Shown here in pieces: positions 1-13,615 of a DNA stretch of 64,000 nt. Where the stretch lies: positions 1,251,674 through 1,315,673 of the forward strand of contig MU057651.1 in NCBI GenBank assembly GCA_013265495.1. Reading direction: 5' to 3'. Source of the stretch: Vicugna vicugna (taxonomy: Eukaryota). The notes beneath the pieces were generated by a model, which had not been told where the DNA came from, did no database searches, and saw only the letters and a list, made by a program, of their open reading frames with translations. The translations under genes were made by a program, and so were the position numbers. Position 1 is the first letter of the stretch, and the number at the start of each line of letters is the position of its first letter.

Positions 1-253
1 GTTTCAGGTTGTGGGGTGGGGGGAGGATGTTGCTATATGAGCAGGCTGTGTGGATACAAATTCTTCACTGTTGCTGCTGTTTCTTGGAGTACCTACCTTA
101 TGGCAATAGCAGTAGCCGGCACTTGGGAGGACAGTGGAAACTTGTTTAATGGATGACAGGTGACATTTGTGTTAAAAGTGAGGAATGCATTACTGAATCC
201 TTGGTCTCAGTGGTAGTTACATTTGCCCACAGAACTAAGGTTCAAGACATGAT

Positions 254-285
254 AACAAACAAACAAACAAACAAACAAACAAACA
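254..285. repeat. (AAAC)n microsatellite
   Basis: About 8 perfect units seen directly. Confidence 0.95.
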
Positions 286-420
286 TAACTGTAGGTGCAT
301 TTTACTGTTCGAAGTCAGAGCTCTTGGATTTACACACAGATAGCCATGTTATATAGGAAACCATTTGCTACCATAAAGGGATCCACTGAGCCAGATGTCG
401 AGCCAGTTAGACTGCAGAAA

Positions 421-596
421 CGTCATTCTCCACCATAGCTGCACATTCGAATCACTGGGGGATTATTAAAAATATGGATGTCGGGGTCCCAACCCTAGAG
501 ATTCTGATTTGATTGGTCTTGGATGGGGCCTGGGCATCAGGATTATTAAAAACTCTCCGGGTGATTTTAATGTGCAGCTGAGGGGGAGAACCACTG
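421..596. mobile_element. MER5B-like hAT-Charlie MITE
   Basis: gctgcacattcgaatcac...gattctgatttgattggtcttggatggggcctgggcatc...ggtgattttaatgtgcagc...gagaaccactg. Internal inverted symmetry and a GAGAACCACTG terminal inverted repeat (TIR). Confidence 0.8.
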
Positions 597-621
597 ATTG
601 TATTCGATGAGGCCTTTCTCC

Positions 622-720
622 TGCAATTCCTATTAATTTGGTCTGGGGTGGTGCCTGGGTACTCAGATTTTATGAGAAACCTGGGTGATTTCTGGTAAAC
701 TGCCGGTTTGGGAAACACTT
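622..720. mobile_element. Partial MER5-family MITE
   Basis: ttggtctggggtggtgcctggg...ggtgatttctgg...gtttgggaaacact resembles one half of MER5. Confidence 0.55.
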
Positions 721-721
721 G

Positions 722-860
722 CAGTGTGGTCTGCAGAAGACATCACCTGGGAACCTGTTTGAAATGTAGGCTCTCAGGCCCCACCTCAGACCTGTTGTAT
801 TTGAATCTGCAGTTTAACAAGCTCCCCAGGTGATTCTTATGCACATTAAAGTTTGGGGAG
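722..860 (+). mobile_element. MER5A1-like MITE
   Basis: agtgtggtctgcag...catcacctgggaacctgtttgaaatgtagg...gaatctgcagtttaacaagctccccaggtgattcttatgcacattaaagtttg. Confidence 0.8.
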
Positions 861-861
861 G

Positions 862-1048
862 AGTGGTTCTCGAACTTTAGAGTACATCATAAGCTCCTGT
901 AGTGCTTGTTAAAACACAAATTGCTGGGCCCCATTCCCAGAGTTTCTGATTCAGTCGAACTGGGGTGGGGCCATGAATTTGCATTTCTAACAAGCTCCCT
1001 GGTGATGCTGCTGCTACAGTTCCCAGGGCCACACGTTGAGACCCACTG
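862..1048 (-). mobile_element. MER5A-like MITE
   Basis: agtggttctcgaacttt...ttgctgggccccattcccagagtttctgattcag...tttgcatttctaacaagctccctggtgatgctgctgct...gagacccactg. About 187 bp with TIRs. Confidence 0.85.
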
Positions 1049-3483
1049 GGTTAGAGTGGTAAGGACCTATGTTAAAGTACTTGAGCAACTATAAGGGAAC
1101 CTCAGTTTTCACTGCCAGTTTCCAATATAAAACTTCCTGTGTCCATGTCACCATCCTTTATCATGTTCTTTCTAACTTAGCACCAGGGAGATTGAATGCT
1201 GCCAAGACCATAATGAGAGTCTGAGGTTCTTGGGATGGTTTCTGTCCGATGTGGGCTGGGGGAAGGAGGGGCGGAAAACCCCCACCTAGAAACCTGCGGT
1301 AGGATTTATAGGTCTTTTTTCAGAAATTGTTAACTGTGAGGGGCACATTTTAGGAAGTAAAAGCAGCACAAATACGATATTTTAAAGTGAGTTGTATTGA
1401 TTTTAATAAGTAAAGCCCCCTTCTGTTCCCATAGAAAATGCTTTGATGATTAGCTCACTAAATAACATGTTGTGATAAGATTTTAAAAGCTTTTACTTAC
1501 ACTTACGCTTGCTGGATTGCATTTTAAGAATTTTCCTCATTAACAAAGAAATATAAAAGGGTCCTGCTAAGGCACTGGGATTGTTCGGTCTTATATCTTT
1601 AATGCTGTGTTGCATGTCACATCCCATGAACTTTTTATTTTAATCTTCTTACCACCTTTGAAGTTAATGCAGTACTACATTTTGTATAGACCATAGCACA
1701 GAAAAGATACTTTACTGTTAAACATCAATAAGTGTGGTTTTCCATTGCAGTGAACAGAATGTAGTTTTTAAAAAATCCACTTCTGGACGTGCAGATTTTG
1801 AGAGACTAATCAGGTGTTTGAACTGTTAACTCTTTCTTGTCTTGTCACAGTAGACAAATTACTGTTCTTTGGGCATGCTTGGGAGAGATTGGGTTGCTTT
1901 AGGGAGGTGAGAAGCACTTCGTTTCACCAGAACAGTAACAGTTCTATCCCATATTAGTGGGAAAAAAAAGATGATTTGATAATGCAGCTCAGGTGAAAGT
2001 GATGTTAAATCAGCATTTTAAACACAAACTATTATATTTCTGTTATGTCTTTTTTCTGATGAAGACTGACCTGAATAGCTGGAAGGTGTATCTGTTTCTC
2101 GCAGGTGATGCTACTGAGTCATTACAGATTTCCTTATCCATGCTAGCAGAATGGTTGTAATATATAGTTCTTTTAAAAATTTGTCTGAAAAATTGCTGAG
2201 CATTTTTGAAGGTATTATATGGGCTGTTTTTCAACAATGTTGATTTCCTTTGGAAGGCAATCTGGTGTCCTGTCTTACTGATCAAAAAGAAAGCAGGCAT
2301 GCTCCCAGTTGTCATTTATGCTGTAAACACCATCAAGGCTGAAATGGTAGGATGTAGAAATATAAATTACAAAATTATTTTTATATCCGTGCATAAAGGT
2401 GTATGTAGGGCAAGGTATATTTAGTTAGAAAGGAAAACTTGATGCTTATTTTACCTTCTCCCCCATATGGCCAAAGGGAGAGATAATCTAGCTCATAATT
2501 TTTCTTGCTTTTGAGTTGTGTTTGTGCTGTGTTGAGGTCCCAGTTAGTGGGGTAGCAACCAAGAAGGAATCTCTGCTGGGATCTCTCAGTCCAATAGGAA
2601 GAAAGACCACTACTGAGAAAGAGAGAAATGCTGTTAGCCCATACATAAGTTAATTTTTTCTAAGTATGTGTTTCTCATTCACATTGTTTTCTTTAAAAGA
2701 CTGTACACTTTTTGAAATTGTATTTAAACATTAAAACTCTGTAACCTATTACTGCGATTTATTATGATTTGGAAGTCAGTTGTGCTTCCCACTAACAGAC
2801 CATCTTTTTGCGAGTGTATGTGTGTGAAACACTAAAACTTGTGCAATGAGATTAGTCAGAGTTCCCTATTTCAATAGGCATTATTCTGTTCTCTCGATGT
2901 CACACATGCTTGCCTGTTTTAAAGCAACACAATGACCAGGGCTTTTACATTTAAATTTTCTTAAATAGTCTCCCCCCCCCAACTTGTGTAATAATGTCTC
3001 TTTTTGATACTGTTCTGAATCAATTAAGCTAAGTGAGTGAGGACCAGCAGTAAAAGCCAGGGGCTGCCAAGAATGGACGTTCAATGTGTAAGCTGTCTTT
3101 CCACAATCAGTAATTGGGCAGTTGCTCACTGGACACTGGAGACTGTGTGGGAAGCCAGTGGTTGTGTAGGTGGGAAGAGTAGATTCCCAGCAGTAAGCTT
3201 ATTTAGAGTTGAGCTTCTGTAGTTACAGTGTTCCTAAGAGCAAAAACGAGCCACAAGCTGATGTAGTAGAAAGAAAAGTGCCCAAAGGAAGAAGTATGGT
3301 GTAATAATATAATTGGTTGGGTGGGGCATATTTTAGGTTTGGTCCAACTAGAAGTGGCATCTTTTCTATCAAGTGTGGGTGTATTTTCTACTGCTCTTAA
3401 CGTATCATACTTTCAAACTTGCTCAACCTTAAAAATGTTAGTGTTGAATGGCTGAGTGGAAATTATATGTCACTGGGGGAAAA

Positions 3484-3539
3484 TTTTTTTTCTTTTCTTT
3501 TCTCTCTCTCTCTCTCTCTCTCTCTTTTCCTTTTTTTTT
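3484..3539. repeat. Pyrimidine tract containing (TC)n
   Basis: (TC)~12 embedded in a T-rich run. Confidence 0.9.
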
Positions 3540-3830
3540 AGCATATGCATTATGCTGAGTTCCGTGGTTGGAAACCAGAGAAATAGAAGAGATAGTTCTA
3601 TTCTTACAGAGCTCACAGTCTTGTTCAAGATATGATACAGATATCAAAGTCACTTAAAATGCTTACAAAGTAATATATACATGATTATAGGTGAATGAGA
3701 TACATGAAAAATATTGTGCATAAGCATAGTAATGACATGGAATAAAGGAGTGGTCAGGAGCAAGGCTTTGGGAGAGGACAATCTATGAGCCAAGTTTTTA
3801 AATGGCAGAAGGACAGAGATTACTGGTAAG
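3540..3830 (-). mobile_element. Degenerate L2 fragment
   Basis: gagctcacagtcttgtt and gtggtcagg...ggctttgggagagg...atgagccaagttttta motifs, typical of the antisense L2 3' region. Confidence 0.5.
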
Positions 3831-6800
3831 AGTCTGTATGACCAGTAGATCTTGAAGTCTTACTTGGTTGTTCTCAAACCGGTTGCTGTCACTGCCACAC
3901 CCCTTGCCACAGCACTTGGGGATTCCCAGCAGCTGTCTTCAGTCACCAACTTGCACACTCAGCAGTCTCCACACCACTCCCCTTGCTCTGGTCCCTAAGA
4001 CCATAAAACCTCAAGGAAGTGAAAAATAGCCTTTTGTCTTGGGAACTCTCTGGGGATGCTGGAGAAGAACGTTGGATCTGATTATAGTTTCTTGTATTGG
4101 AAAGGGTACAGAATTGGCAGCAGAGTCCTCTAGAATGTAGGATGAACTGGAAGGAGAAGAGTCTGAAGGCAAGGGAGACCAGCTAGGCTTAAGGTTGACC
4201 ACAAACACACACACACACACACGAGGGGCAGAGCTTGTGAATATAGGAATGTTGAAAAATCAAGAAGTGGAAGACGTTATCAGCCTATGTAGGGACTTGC
4301 ACTTTAGGACCAGCTTTTGTGTGGGAGTGGAAATATTGCAGCTCACCTGTTTTTTGGCTTCCATCACTGCTTCTTCTTTTCTTGGCTCTGTGCCTAGCTA
4401 TTCTTGTGCTTGGGAAAAGTTTGTTCAACAGCTCTGTTGGAATGGCTATGAAATTTGATCACAAGCGTGAGAACCTCCCCCTCCCCCTCTTCACCTATTA
4501 CCAACTGTATCTAATTTGAAAGAAAAGAGGAGAAGACATGTTGGCTTATCGAATTTGGATCAAGTATGAAGATAGCTGAGGTAGCTTTTGGATGAGGACC
4601 TGAAATTAGGCAATTGCATATGAATAAAGAGGCAATGCAGAAAAAGACAATTTACCAAATTCCCACTGCTAGGGTAAATGAAAGTAAGAGAGGCTTTCAA
4701 CATAATTCAGAGTTTATAAGTCTGAAGAACCAGGAGGATGGTGATGCCACTATAAAATGTGGTTCAGGAGGGTGGGAAGAAAGAAATATTTGGTCAGGTG
4801 AAATCAGATTTCTTAATATGTATATTTCAAGTGTTGAAGTTATCAACTGTCACTTCTTTTTTAATTAACAGAACCACAGAGCAGCAGCAGAGCTATTGTG
4901 ATGATTTGGTCAGTCTTTTGGGATCTCTCCAGCCTCCCTCTGTCCCCACCTGTGACTTTGAACTACTGAAGATAGTAGAGATCAGTGACAGTTCTCAGCT
5001 TTGCACTGCTAGTCAAAATACCTGACAGAATGTTGGGTTTCCCTAATGTAGGTTTTCTCAGTCTTCAAGCTTATCAACTTGTAAAGCAGTCAATGATTCT
5101 TCTATTTCTCTATGTGTGTTATCATAGCACAGCTTTCAACAAAATAGAGCCTCATGGAGGACCACCTCAGGAACTTGTAGTTTCAGACTTTGGATTAAAG
5201 GAAATTTCTGAAGGACTAAAAGTACTATCTGGTACTAGATTCTGAGTCCTATGTCCTCAAGCTTGGAAAGTAAAGAATCAAGCTGGATTTGTTTTGCCGC
5301 TTTACTTGGCAATGAAAGAAAGATGTTACCAGTGGACAGGATCAGTCATATTGCTGTATGATCTTTGGGATCTTCAGTGGATGGGCAAATGTGCAAAGTT
5401 CTGCTTGAGTCCAGGCCTACTAATAACTAGTTTTTAAAATAAGGTCTGTGATAGTCTTGATGATTCTAGCCTCTCCCCTATCTGTTTCATTTTACAGATA
5501 ATCCACACTGCGACCCAAAGCCACATGCAGTGCTGGGAGAGCACAGTTGACTGTATTATGCAATATCCTGCCAGAAGATGCTGACCAGCTCTCTAGTAAT
5601 GGAAAGTAGTGAGACTGACTTAACTGCCTATATAGCTCGCCTTGCCATTCTGTATACTTTCTGTAAGCATATGACACACAATTCTAGGAACATATCTTAT
5701 ATTGAGATCTCGGATTGCTGCAAGGTGGTGACAGCAGATTCTCTGCTTTGCTTCAGGCACTGGTGGATCTTTGAGTCATTCTCATAGAATGGGATCTATG
5801 AAAAATGGGCTTTGATGCTGTCAGCCTAAGGGCCACAGCACTGTGTCTACCTGAAGGAAATGCTCAGGTGCTCGTCACATTGATGTGCTTCTCTGTGTCA
5901 TGATTATCGTTTATGTAGCCACATGGTTAAGTATAGGTGGTTTGGGGTGCAGATATGTTATATAGTTGGTAAACCTTGGACCCCAGTACATACCTCATTG
6001 TAGTAAGACAAATACCCTTTGTATGCTGATTTTGAACAACAGTGAGGTAAGTGTTTAGATGTTGGGTGCTTTTTAAACTTTTTTTGTTATATGATAAATA
6101 GAAGATGGTGTTGGTGATTCACTCACTAGAAGAATCTCATGAAGTCTTCTGGCCTTTTTTCCGTGTTAGAGTATTGCTTTCAATGCATTTCAAGTAGTTC
6201 TCCATCATTAAAACAAACAGAAACTCCCACACTTGTTTTGCCTTACAAACAGAAAAAAAACTTGCCTTAGCTTGGCTAGGTACTTGATTTTGTGGAATAG
6301 CTCTTTGCCGGTAGGAGTAGGGGCCAGGCAGTCAGTGGTTAAAAAGTTTTGTTCAGTTCATGGATCCATCTACCCTACAGTCTTGTCAATTCAAAAAAAA
6401 AAACACCCTCACAAGAACAAATGGGAATGATACTGCTTCTATTTCTCTGACACTAATGAGGTGATATGTGGTTTGTGGTATATTTTACTCCACAAACTCC
6501 TCTAACCATTGCCCTGTTTGGCAAGCTGTTTTGCAGAAACCTACCCTTCCCCTCTGGAAGCATGGCTCTGTGGAGCAAGGGAGTCACATAGGGCCACAGG
6601 CAGAAATAGGGGGGACGGGGGAATCAGGGGAGAAGAAAAATGAGATTGTAGTCAGGTGAGGTGAAGCCTGGGTTCAGGGCAGATTAAAGAGACTGCATGG
6701 TCTGGAGTAGGGATGCTGCAAGACGTGTTTTACAGGATGCAAACCTTGGTGTCCCTCCTTTCGAACCAATGGCCATGGCACTCTTGTTACAAAGAAATTA

Positions 6801-7410
6801 TTCCTTTTGGAAAGAGATGCACAGCCTGAAGTTTAATAACATAAAAGGACTTGTATATGCGTCCCCTGAATGCTTCCTAGAGACCACGTTGAAAGCCATT
6901 CATATCGTGTCCTCAGAAGGAGGCCTCTAGGGTAAGTTTGGGAGCTATGGGACAAGTAGCTTAAGTATACCCCAAATGGATAGATGTAGCCACTCCCTGG
7001 TCATTATCCTTTTCTTTTCTTTGACTTGTCTTTGAACATGGTTATAAATCCTTAAGTATTCAGATGTATCTTATTTTTAGGCCTGTGCACTTAGGTATTA
7101 GCCTCTACTTAGCTGTACGAAGTTTCTTTTATATAGCTTGCTCACAGTTATTCTCCATAACAAAGATTATGGAACAGATGCTATTAAAGGATAGACCCAG
7201 CTATAATTTCTGATTGCACAACACAGTCCTAGGAAGGTATCCTACTGAGCGTACTTGTCTCTTCCATACCTTGTCTTCAGCATCTCCTAATAGGACCCAC
7301 TATGGTCCATTTAATTTGCAAATTACATTCTCAGAGATAACTGGACCATCTGCTATTTTTGGTTAATGAGTTTCTCTTCAGTCGTATAGATGCATACTGA
7401 TTTTAGCAAG

Positions 7411-7506
7411 TTTATTTATTTTTATTGCGGTAAAAAACACATAACATGAGATAGACCCTGTTAACACATTTTTAAGAGTACATTATTGTTAACTATAAGC
7501 TCATGT
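7411..7506 (-). mobile_element. Short L1 (L1MA/MB-like) 3'-end fragment
   Basis: T-rich tail followed by ttattgcggtaaaaaacacataacatgagat...ttgttaactataagc. Confidence 0.65.
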
Positions 7507-7902
7507 TTAGCTTATTTTTAAAAGGTACGTAATAGTGGCTCTACCTAAAGCAGCTACGTTTTCATAGGAATGTTGGCAATCTTTTAAAAATTAATCTTAC
7601 CAGCCCACATTAGTGATGCACAAAGCCCATTTACAGGAGAGTCTAAATTAGGGTTTGAGATATTATTTATTTTTCCAAACTTATCGAAAATTATGAATAA
7701 ACCAGATTAACAGCATGAGAGGCAGAAATAACCATTTTTAAAAAAATGTTTTTGAACTAGTAGCATTTCAGTTACTATTTGACCTGGCATTTATCATTTG
7801 CTTTATTAGTATCCTTAATACTGACTACCTGTATTTGAACAGAACTTGATTTTCTAGCTTTCCTTTTAGATTTTGATTCTCATCCTATGTTCTTCAGGGC
7901 TT

Positions 7903-7964
7903 TCTAATGAATTTGCTAATAATATTGCTAATAATGCTAATAATAATAATGAATTTGCTAATAA
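7903..7964. repeat. Imperfect tandem repeat (GCTAATAAT-like unit)
   Basis: taatgaatttgctaataa occurs twice, with gctaataat units between the copies. Confidence 0.8.
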
Positions 7965-8639
7965 GGAAACGTCTTTGACAGGTAGGAACTTTGCCTTTGT
8001 TCACTCGCTTTTAAAGATGGAAGGAGGGACCAAGGCATTAAAGGAGAACATTAGTTTTGACACTTAAACCTGATACTTCTGAGAAAGTGTGCTTTCTAGG
8101 GAGATGGAAAATTGGAGGACACCTTGCCTTATGGGATATTATAAGTAAGGCCTTTCAGTACATATGTGTATATATAAACTAGTTAACCACTTCCTGGAAT
8201 TGCTTCTTATCGTGTACATGCTTGTTTCTAATGGAAACTGACATCTAAATGTGGTAGTGGCATCTGTGAAGTAATAGACAGGGTCAAGTCATGGGTCTTG
8301 AAAGTGGTTTATTTGCCCTGTTGTCTACACAACCAGTATGAGGTTCTTTATCATTAACAGAGGTGCAGACATTTTAAAAATATTATCACTGAATTGTGAT
8401 GTATTCATTTGGACTTTGAAGCAGTTTCTAACTTCTTCCATTTAGAGATGCCACAGTTCTAAAGGAGAAAATAGAATTTCCACCACAATTATCCCTTTGC
8501 TTATAGACATTATAAAATGAATATCCGTTCAAGCTTCAAGATATATTTGTCAGCATTATCTTAAGACAATGTGTTTTACATCAAAACCTAGCTCTTATTC
8601 TAAGCTAGTACTGCTCTTCATATTATGGTTAATTTTAAT

Positions 8640-9120
8640 ATTTCAGTTCAACAAGTAATATAACTTTTGTGGGTGGAACACTGTGGTATGCTCTTTTTTG
8701 GGTGTAGGTGAGAGGCCTACAATATGCACATAAGCCATACTTCCTACCTTTAAAAAGCTTGCAGTCATATTGAGGAGACAAGATTCAGGAAACAAATAAT
8801 GAGGTCACATATGATTTAATGGCTGAGCGAGTGATGGAGCAATGAGGTCTGTAGGAGTTTAAACAAAGACTAATGTGGGCTGGAGTTATATGGGAGGGCT
8901 TCATGGACAATGTAGGATTCAGACTGGGTAGTCCTTTTTCATAGATAGATCAAGCATTCTAAATGGGGGAACAACTTGAAGATACAGAGGTCAGAATGTG
9001 CATTATACAGTAGTCAATGGATACCACAAAGGTAGATTGAAGTGGGGGAGATCATAGGAAGAAAGGGGACCCATCAGGAGACTATTGCTGTAATTCAGAC
9101 ATTAGGAAATGAAGGCCTGC
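8640..9120 (-). mobile_element. L2 fragment
   Basis: cagttcaacaagta...agcttgcagtc...gggagggcttcatgga...gcattctaaatggggg...ggagactattgctgtaattcag. Confidence 0.65.
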
Positions 9121-12100
9121 CAGTTGACAGTTTTAAACTATTAATGGCTTGTGAATTACCTCTTTCTTGGTAAAGTTTCCCTTTTGTCCAGTTAACTATG
9201 CCCCAGCAGCTTCTTTAATGTCATAAATGTCATGAAGCCTGGAGAAGAGCCTGGGAAATAACACAAGTAGGAGTCTACTGTGTAGACAAAGTGCTTTCAT
9301 TCATCCGTAGACATTCAGTATAAGTCAGATTAACACTGGTTATGTCACCCTTTGCCTGAGTGCCTTCCATGGTTTGGTGTTCTTTTTTTCTTCTAAACTT
9401 CTGTATCTCAAACATTAAGTTGGGAAAATTGAATAGCTAGAAAGCTTATGTAATTGAAAAAATAAACTACACTAATTATTATAGAATTAAGTGGCTTTAA
9501 ACCACTTTTTTCTCCCTAAATTAATGAAGAAATTTTAAATGGATATTGCAAATGTAACCCACATAAAGTAGGTACTTGGAATTATAATAATTATAGGAGA
9601 ATTGTGTACTAATTATTGAATGATGTTATTTATTAAGTTAGCTTTAGATTAGTCTAATAAGTGTATTCCTTATGGTTCTTAACATGCCCTATTCTAGAGT
9701 GCTACAACTCTTAAGATGCAAACTATGTAAACAAAATCTTTAAAGGTTTTATAGTATTATTTAGAAACAAAATTCTAAAATAGCTTCCTGAGTCACAGTA
9801 GAATGGCATATTTTAATTTTATATTGAACAATTGTCCCTTGAAGAAAAAAAAGAGTAAAATTCTCAGTCTCAGTCTTTTGTTGATGATTTGTCTTTAATT
9901 ATGTTAAGACATAAGTTTAGAACCCCAAAATTCTTCTTCAGTGACCACTGTGAAATTTTATTTTATTGTATTAACTCACTTATTTTATTCTCTGAAATAT
10001 GTTGGTTTCAGAATATAAGGAAATTATTTCGCAACTATGAGACTGATCTCTGACAGGTTTTAGCCACATAAGCACGACAGTCATGCCAGCATACTCAGGA
10101 AGTAAAAAACAACGCTAGCACAGTGCTCATTAACAGTGTTCTCTATGTAGTCTGTTTATGTTTATAAGTAAATGAGCTCTTCCTGGTGGCATAGCCTTGA
10201 ATTATGAATCATCTGTAATTTGAATTATATATTCCTACAGTAAGGTGAATAAATACTGAATGTTAAAAGAAAATAGGGATAGTGAAATATTTTCGAATCA
10301 ACATTTTTGAAGAAGAGATGGATTTTGACCTATGTAGGTGATCATAGACCCTGCCGCATGATAGGGTAGGAGGCCAGATGGAATCCAGTAGTTCTTAGGA
10401 CAGAACACACAAGGTCCCTGATCACTCTCAATATGCTTAAAATCTTTATTAACAAAGGTGAATGCCCTCGTCAGGCAAAGGAGAGAGAATTTTGTTTATA
10501 CAGGGTTGAACCACTTAGATGCCAATTTCATTTTTCACAAATTTCAAACAATAGGCATGTTAAATAGGCAGTGGCCTCCATAGCGTAGAGCACAATCAAG
10601 GAAAAAAGTCACTGGTTTTCCGTTTTGGCTGTGGCAAGAGTAAAAGCAAATCCCATTTTAAAGTGAAACGATGGGTGTGGGTCCAAAGGGTCCTGGTTCC
10701 TGCCTCCAATGGGCTGCTCTTAGAAAGAACCTCTGCTGTGTTTATTTCACTTCGATCTAGAGAAATTCAGGTCAGTTTTTGCAGAAGAGAAATGTTTTAG
10801 TCTTGAAGCTTTCTTTCACTTTCATGAAGAGTTATAATTAATTGTCATCCCATAATAACCATTCATTAACCCTTTGTTAACTTAAATAACTTGCACCAGC
10901 CCAGCAGGGTCACTGGTGCTTTCCTGTTCTCTGAATTGTTGTTATATGTATTTGAATACTTTTGACTCCCAATCTGTCCCACCCCAAAATTGAAGCACAA
11001 ATCCAGGAAGGTCCTTCTTTTCCTCTTCCTCAGCATAATTTTTCTGTGGACCTTCATCATTTTTGAAAGCAGTAGACTCAACTGTCTGAAGGCTTGGTAG
11101 CAACTGCATCATAGACTTTTTACCACTTCACTTCTAGCAGTGTTTAACCACTTTGCATTATCTAGAAAGCTATTTACTGGTCCTGCTAGTTTTCTAACTT
11201 GGGGAGGTGGTGGAGCAATGGGGACAGAGAAGTTATGAATTTATGACTTAGAAGATTTTTCAAACAGTGGACTTTTAAATATCTAAAGGAGTATATACAC
11301 ACTTTTTAACTGACTGATGTTGAATTCAGAGCAGTGCTAGATCTCAAAGATTTCTGGAAGGTTTTCTAGGAGTTTTAAAGCAGAGACTGCATGAGGTGAT
11401 CATTCCATTGTGCTCCTTCCTGTGCCTTACCTGGAAGTGGGTATCTTTTTCTCTGTGTGTATAACTGACACCATCAGGCCTTTGTGGATTTCGCTGATGT
11501 TGTGTGTTATTTGGAGACTGACCTGGCTACATGTAGCGGTAGGCAGGAGGGTAAGAACGTGTGTTGATGGTTCTCAAGGAGGTGTGGCATGGGCTTTACT
11601 CACCCGTGTATCTTTTACTCTGTGATTCCGTTCTCAGAAGATTGGAGTGCTTGGAAGGTTATTTGGTACTATTTTTTTTCTACTATTTTGTTTTAAACTA
11701 TAGGTTCCCAGACGTTTAGACAAATGCTTCTTTCTTTCCTAATATTTCTACAGTCAGGAGTTTTTAATCTATTGCCGAAGAATGGAATTTGGGGGGGTGG
11801 TCGGCAACCACACTGAGTATTCTACATTTGATGAACAAAACGGATACTTTATTTGTTTTTATGAAAACTCTCGATGTGTCTGTTCTCACATTAATATAAT
11901 TTAGATGAAGAGAAGCAGATTTGAAGAAGCCTGACCTAAGGGATTATAAGTTATCCTGAAAGCACAAATAATATTTTAGCATGTACTTTCCCTCATAAAA
12001 TGTCTTATGGCAGACTTGTTTATGTCATAGATCTGAGTCAAAGCTGAATTCAACACATTAGTCTTTAATTTATCCAAAATTAATATCTTCTGGCTAAGAA

Positions 12101-13615
12101 CCAACACTGCTTTACGACTCAGAAACCATTTCCTTATATTAATCATCAGCAGTAGAAATTTGCTTTATTTGGGGGCTGTTTTTTTCAAAAACAATTTTTT
12201 ATCACTGCCTTAGTTTTTATGTAGTTTACAATGCAAAGAAAACATCCAATGCATAGTTGGATGCTAGGATAGACTTACTAACTTGGCAACTCATTCACAC
12301 ATATTAGCCTTAAAGTAGACAAGATTCAAATTCTTCAAACTAATGTCTCAGTAAAATGAAAGATTATTTACTTAAAGACTAATTGTTGCTCATAAATTCC
12401 CAAAGTTGCAGATTTTAAGTCTGTGAATTCCAAAGGTACATAGTAGTGAAAACTTACTATGTTATATACCTTTATTGTATGTTCATGCTGGTTTTTTAAA
12501 ACATGTATAGACTGGAACATTGAAACTCTGAATGAATGAGATAGCATAAATATCACTGAGACTACTATCATTGTTGATTTTTATGAGTGATTTCCTCTGT
12601 TAAGGATTTGGTCAATTTCAATAGTTTTTCTCAGAAAAGATCTTAATGACTTTGTAATCACTCTTATTGTGTTTTGAACATTAAGTCAGTGATACTCAGC
12701 GTTTTTCTTCAAGCGGCATGACTCTCTGCCCTGCAGCCTAACCCCCACACCCAGAGTCTCATGTATAATTCTAGATGCTACTTGAAGAGAGGCAGGGCAG
12801 TTAATATGGAAAGCATTATGTATTTGTTCTCATTCTCCGCCACCCCCCATCCCAATGTATGCACACAAGGGTATAAGCAGGTTTTTATATCATACCTGCA
12901 ACTAAACTCATTCAGGACCCCCAGAACTGGCCAAATGAGGATCCACTTATGTTTGGCATCTCCTAATTTAGCATTAGGATAATGTTACCATTGTTGTCAA
13001 ACTCTTTCATAACTTGTGGTTTGGCTTGGCAACATTATAATGAATAATCAGTTGTGTGAGATAAAATAGTACATATTCTATTAAAATGAGTTTTTAAAGT
13101 GTTCATGATTCTTTAGTCAAGACTTGAAGCTTATAATCACTATCTTCCTCATTTCATCTAAGAAATATATTGAGACCTTTTCTTAGTAACCTTTCATCTG
13201 TTCTGACTCTAGGCATTGAACTAGATGCTATGGCGTCAGTTCCAGCATGACTTGGATAAGTCATAGTCTCTCATACTCTTTTCTGTAAAATTAAAATAAG
13301 TGAATCTTTAAAAAAGGAGCAATATTTTAAAAATACTTGAAATGCAGCCAAACGTTGATAACAATAAATGTTTTTTTCATGTCTGTTATCAAAAAAACAT
13401 TTATTTTCTTGTAGATGTCAAAGGTAAAATGGAATGTAAATCTAGGCTGATCATATTTTCTCTCTTCTAATTTTATAGATGTTTATGAATACTTTAACCT
13501 AGAAATTTATGTGTAAGTATCACCAGGGATCCCACATTTTTGCTGGGCAGTTTTAAGAGCTAAAGGTTACAGTCTTTTTGGAAGACACCAATTCCAGAAT
13601 GATTTTCAAACTCAA

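Noticed and set aside
4759..5245. Overlapping ORFs suggesting a processed pseudogene
   Set aside because: I recognise no protein similarity, poly(A) tail or TSD, and the upstream part resembles L2.
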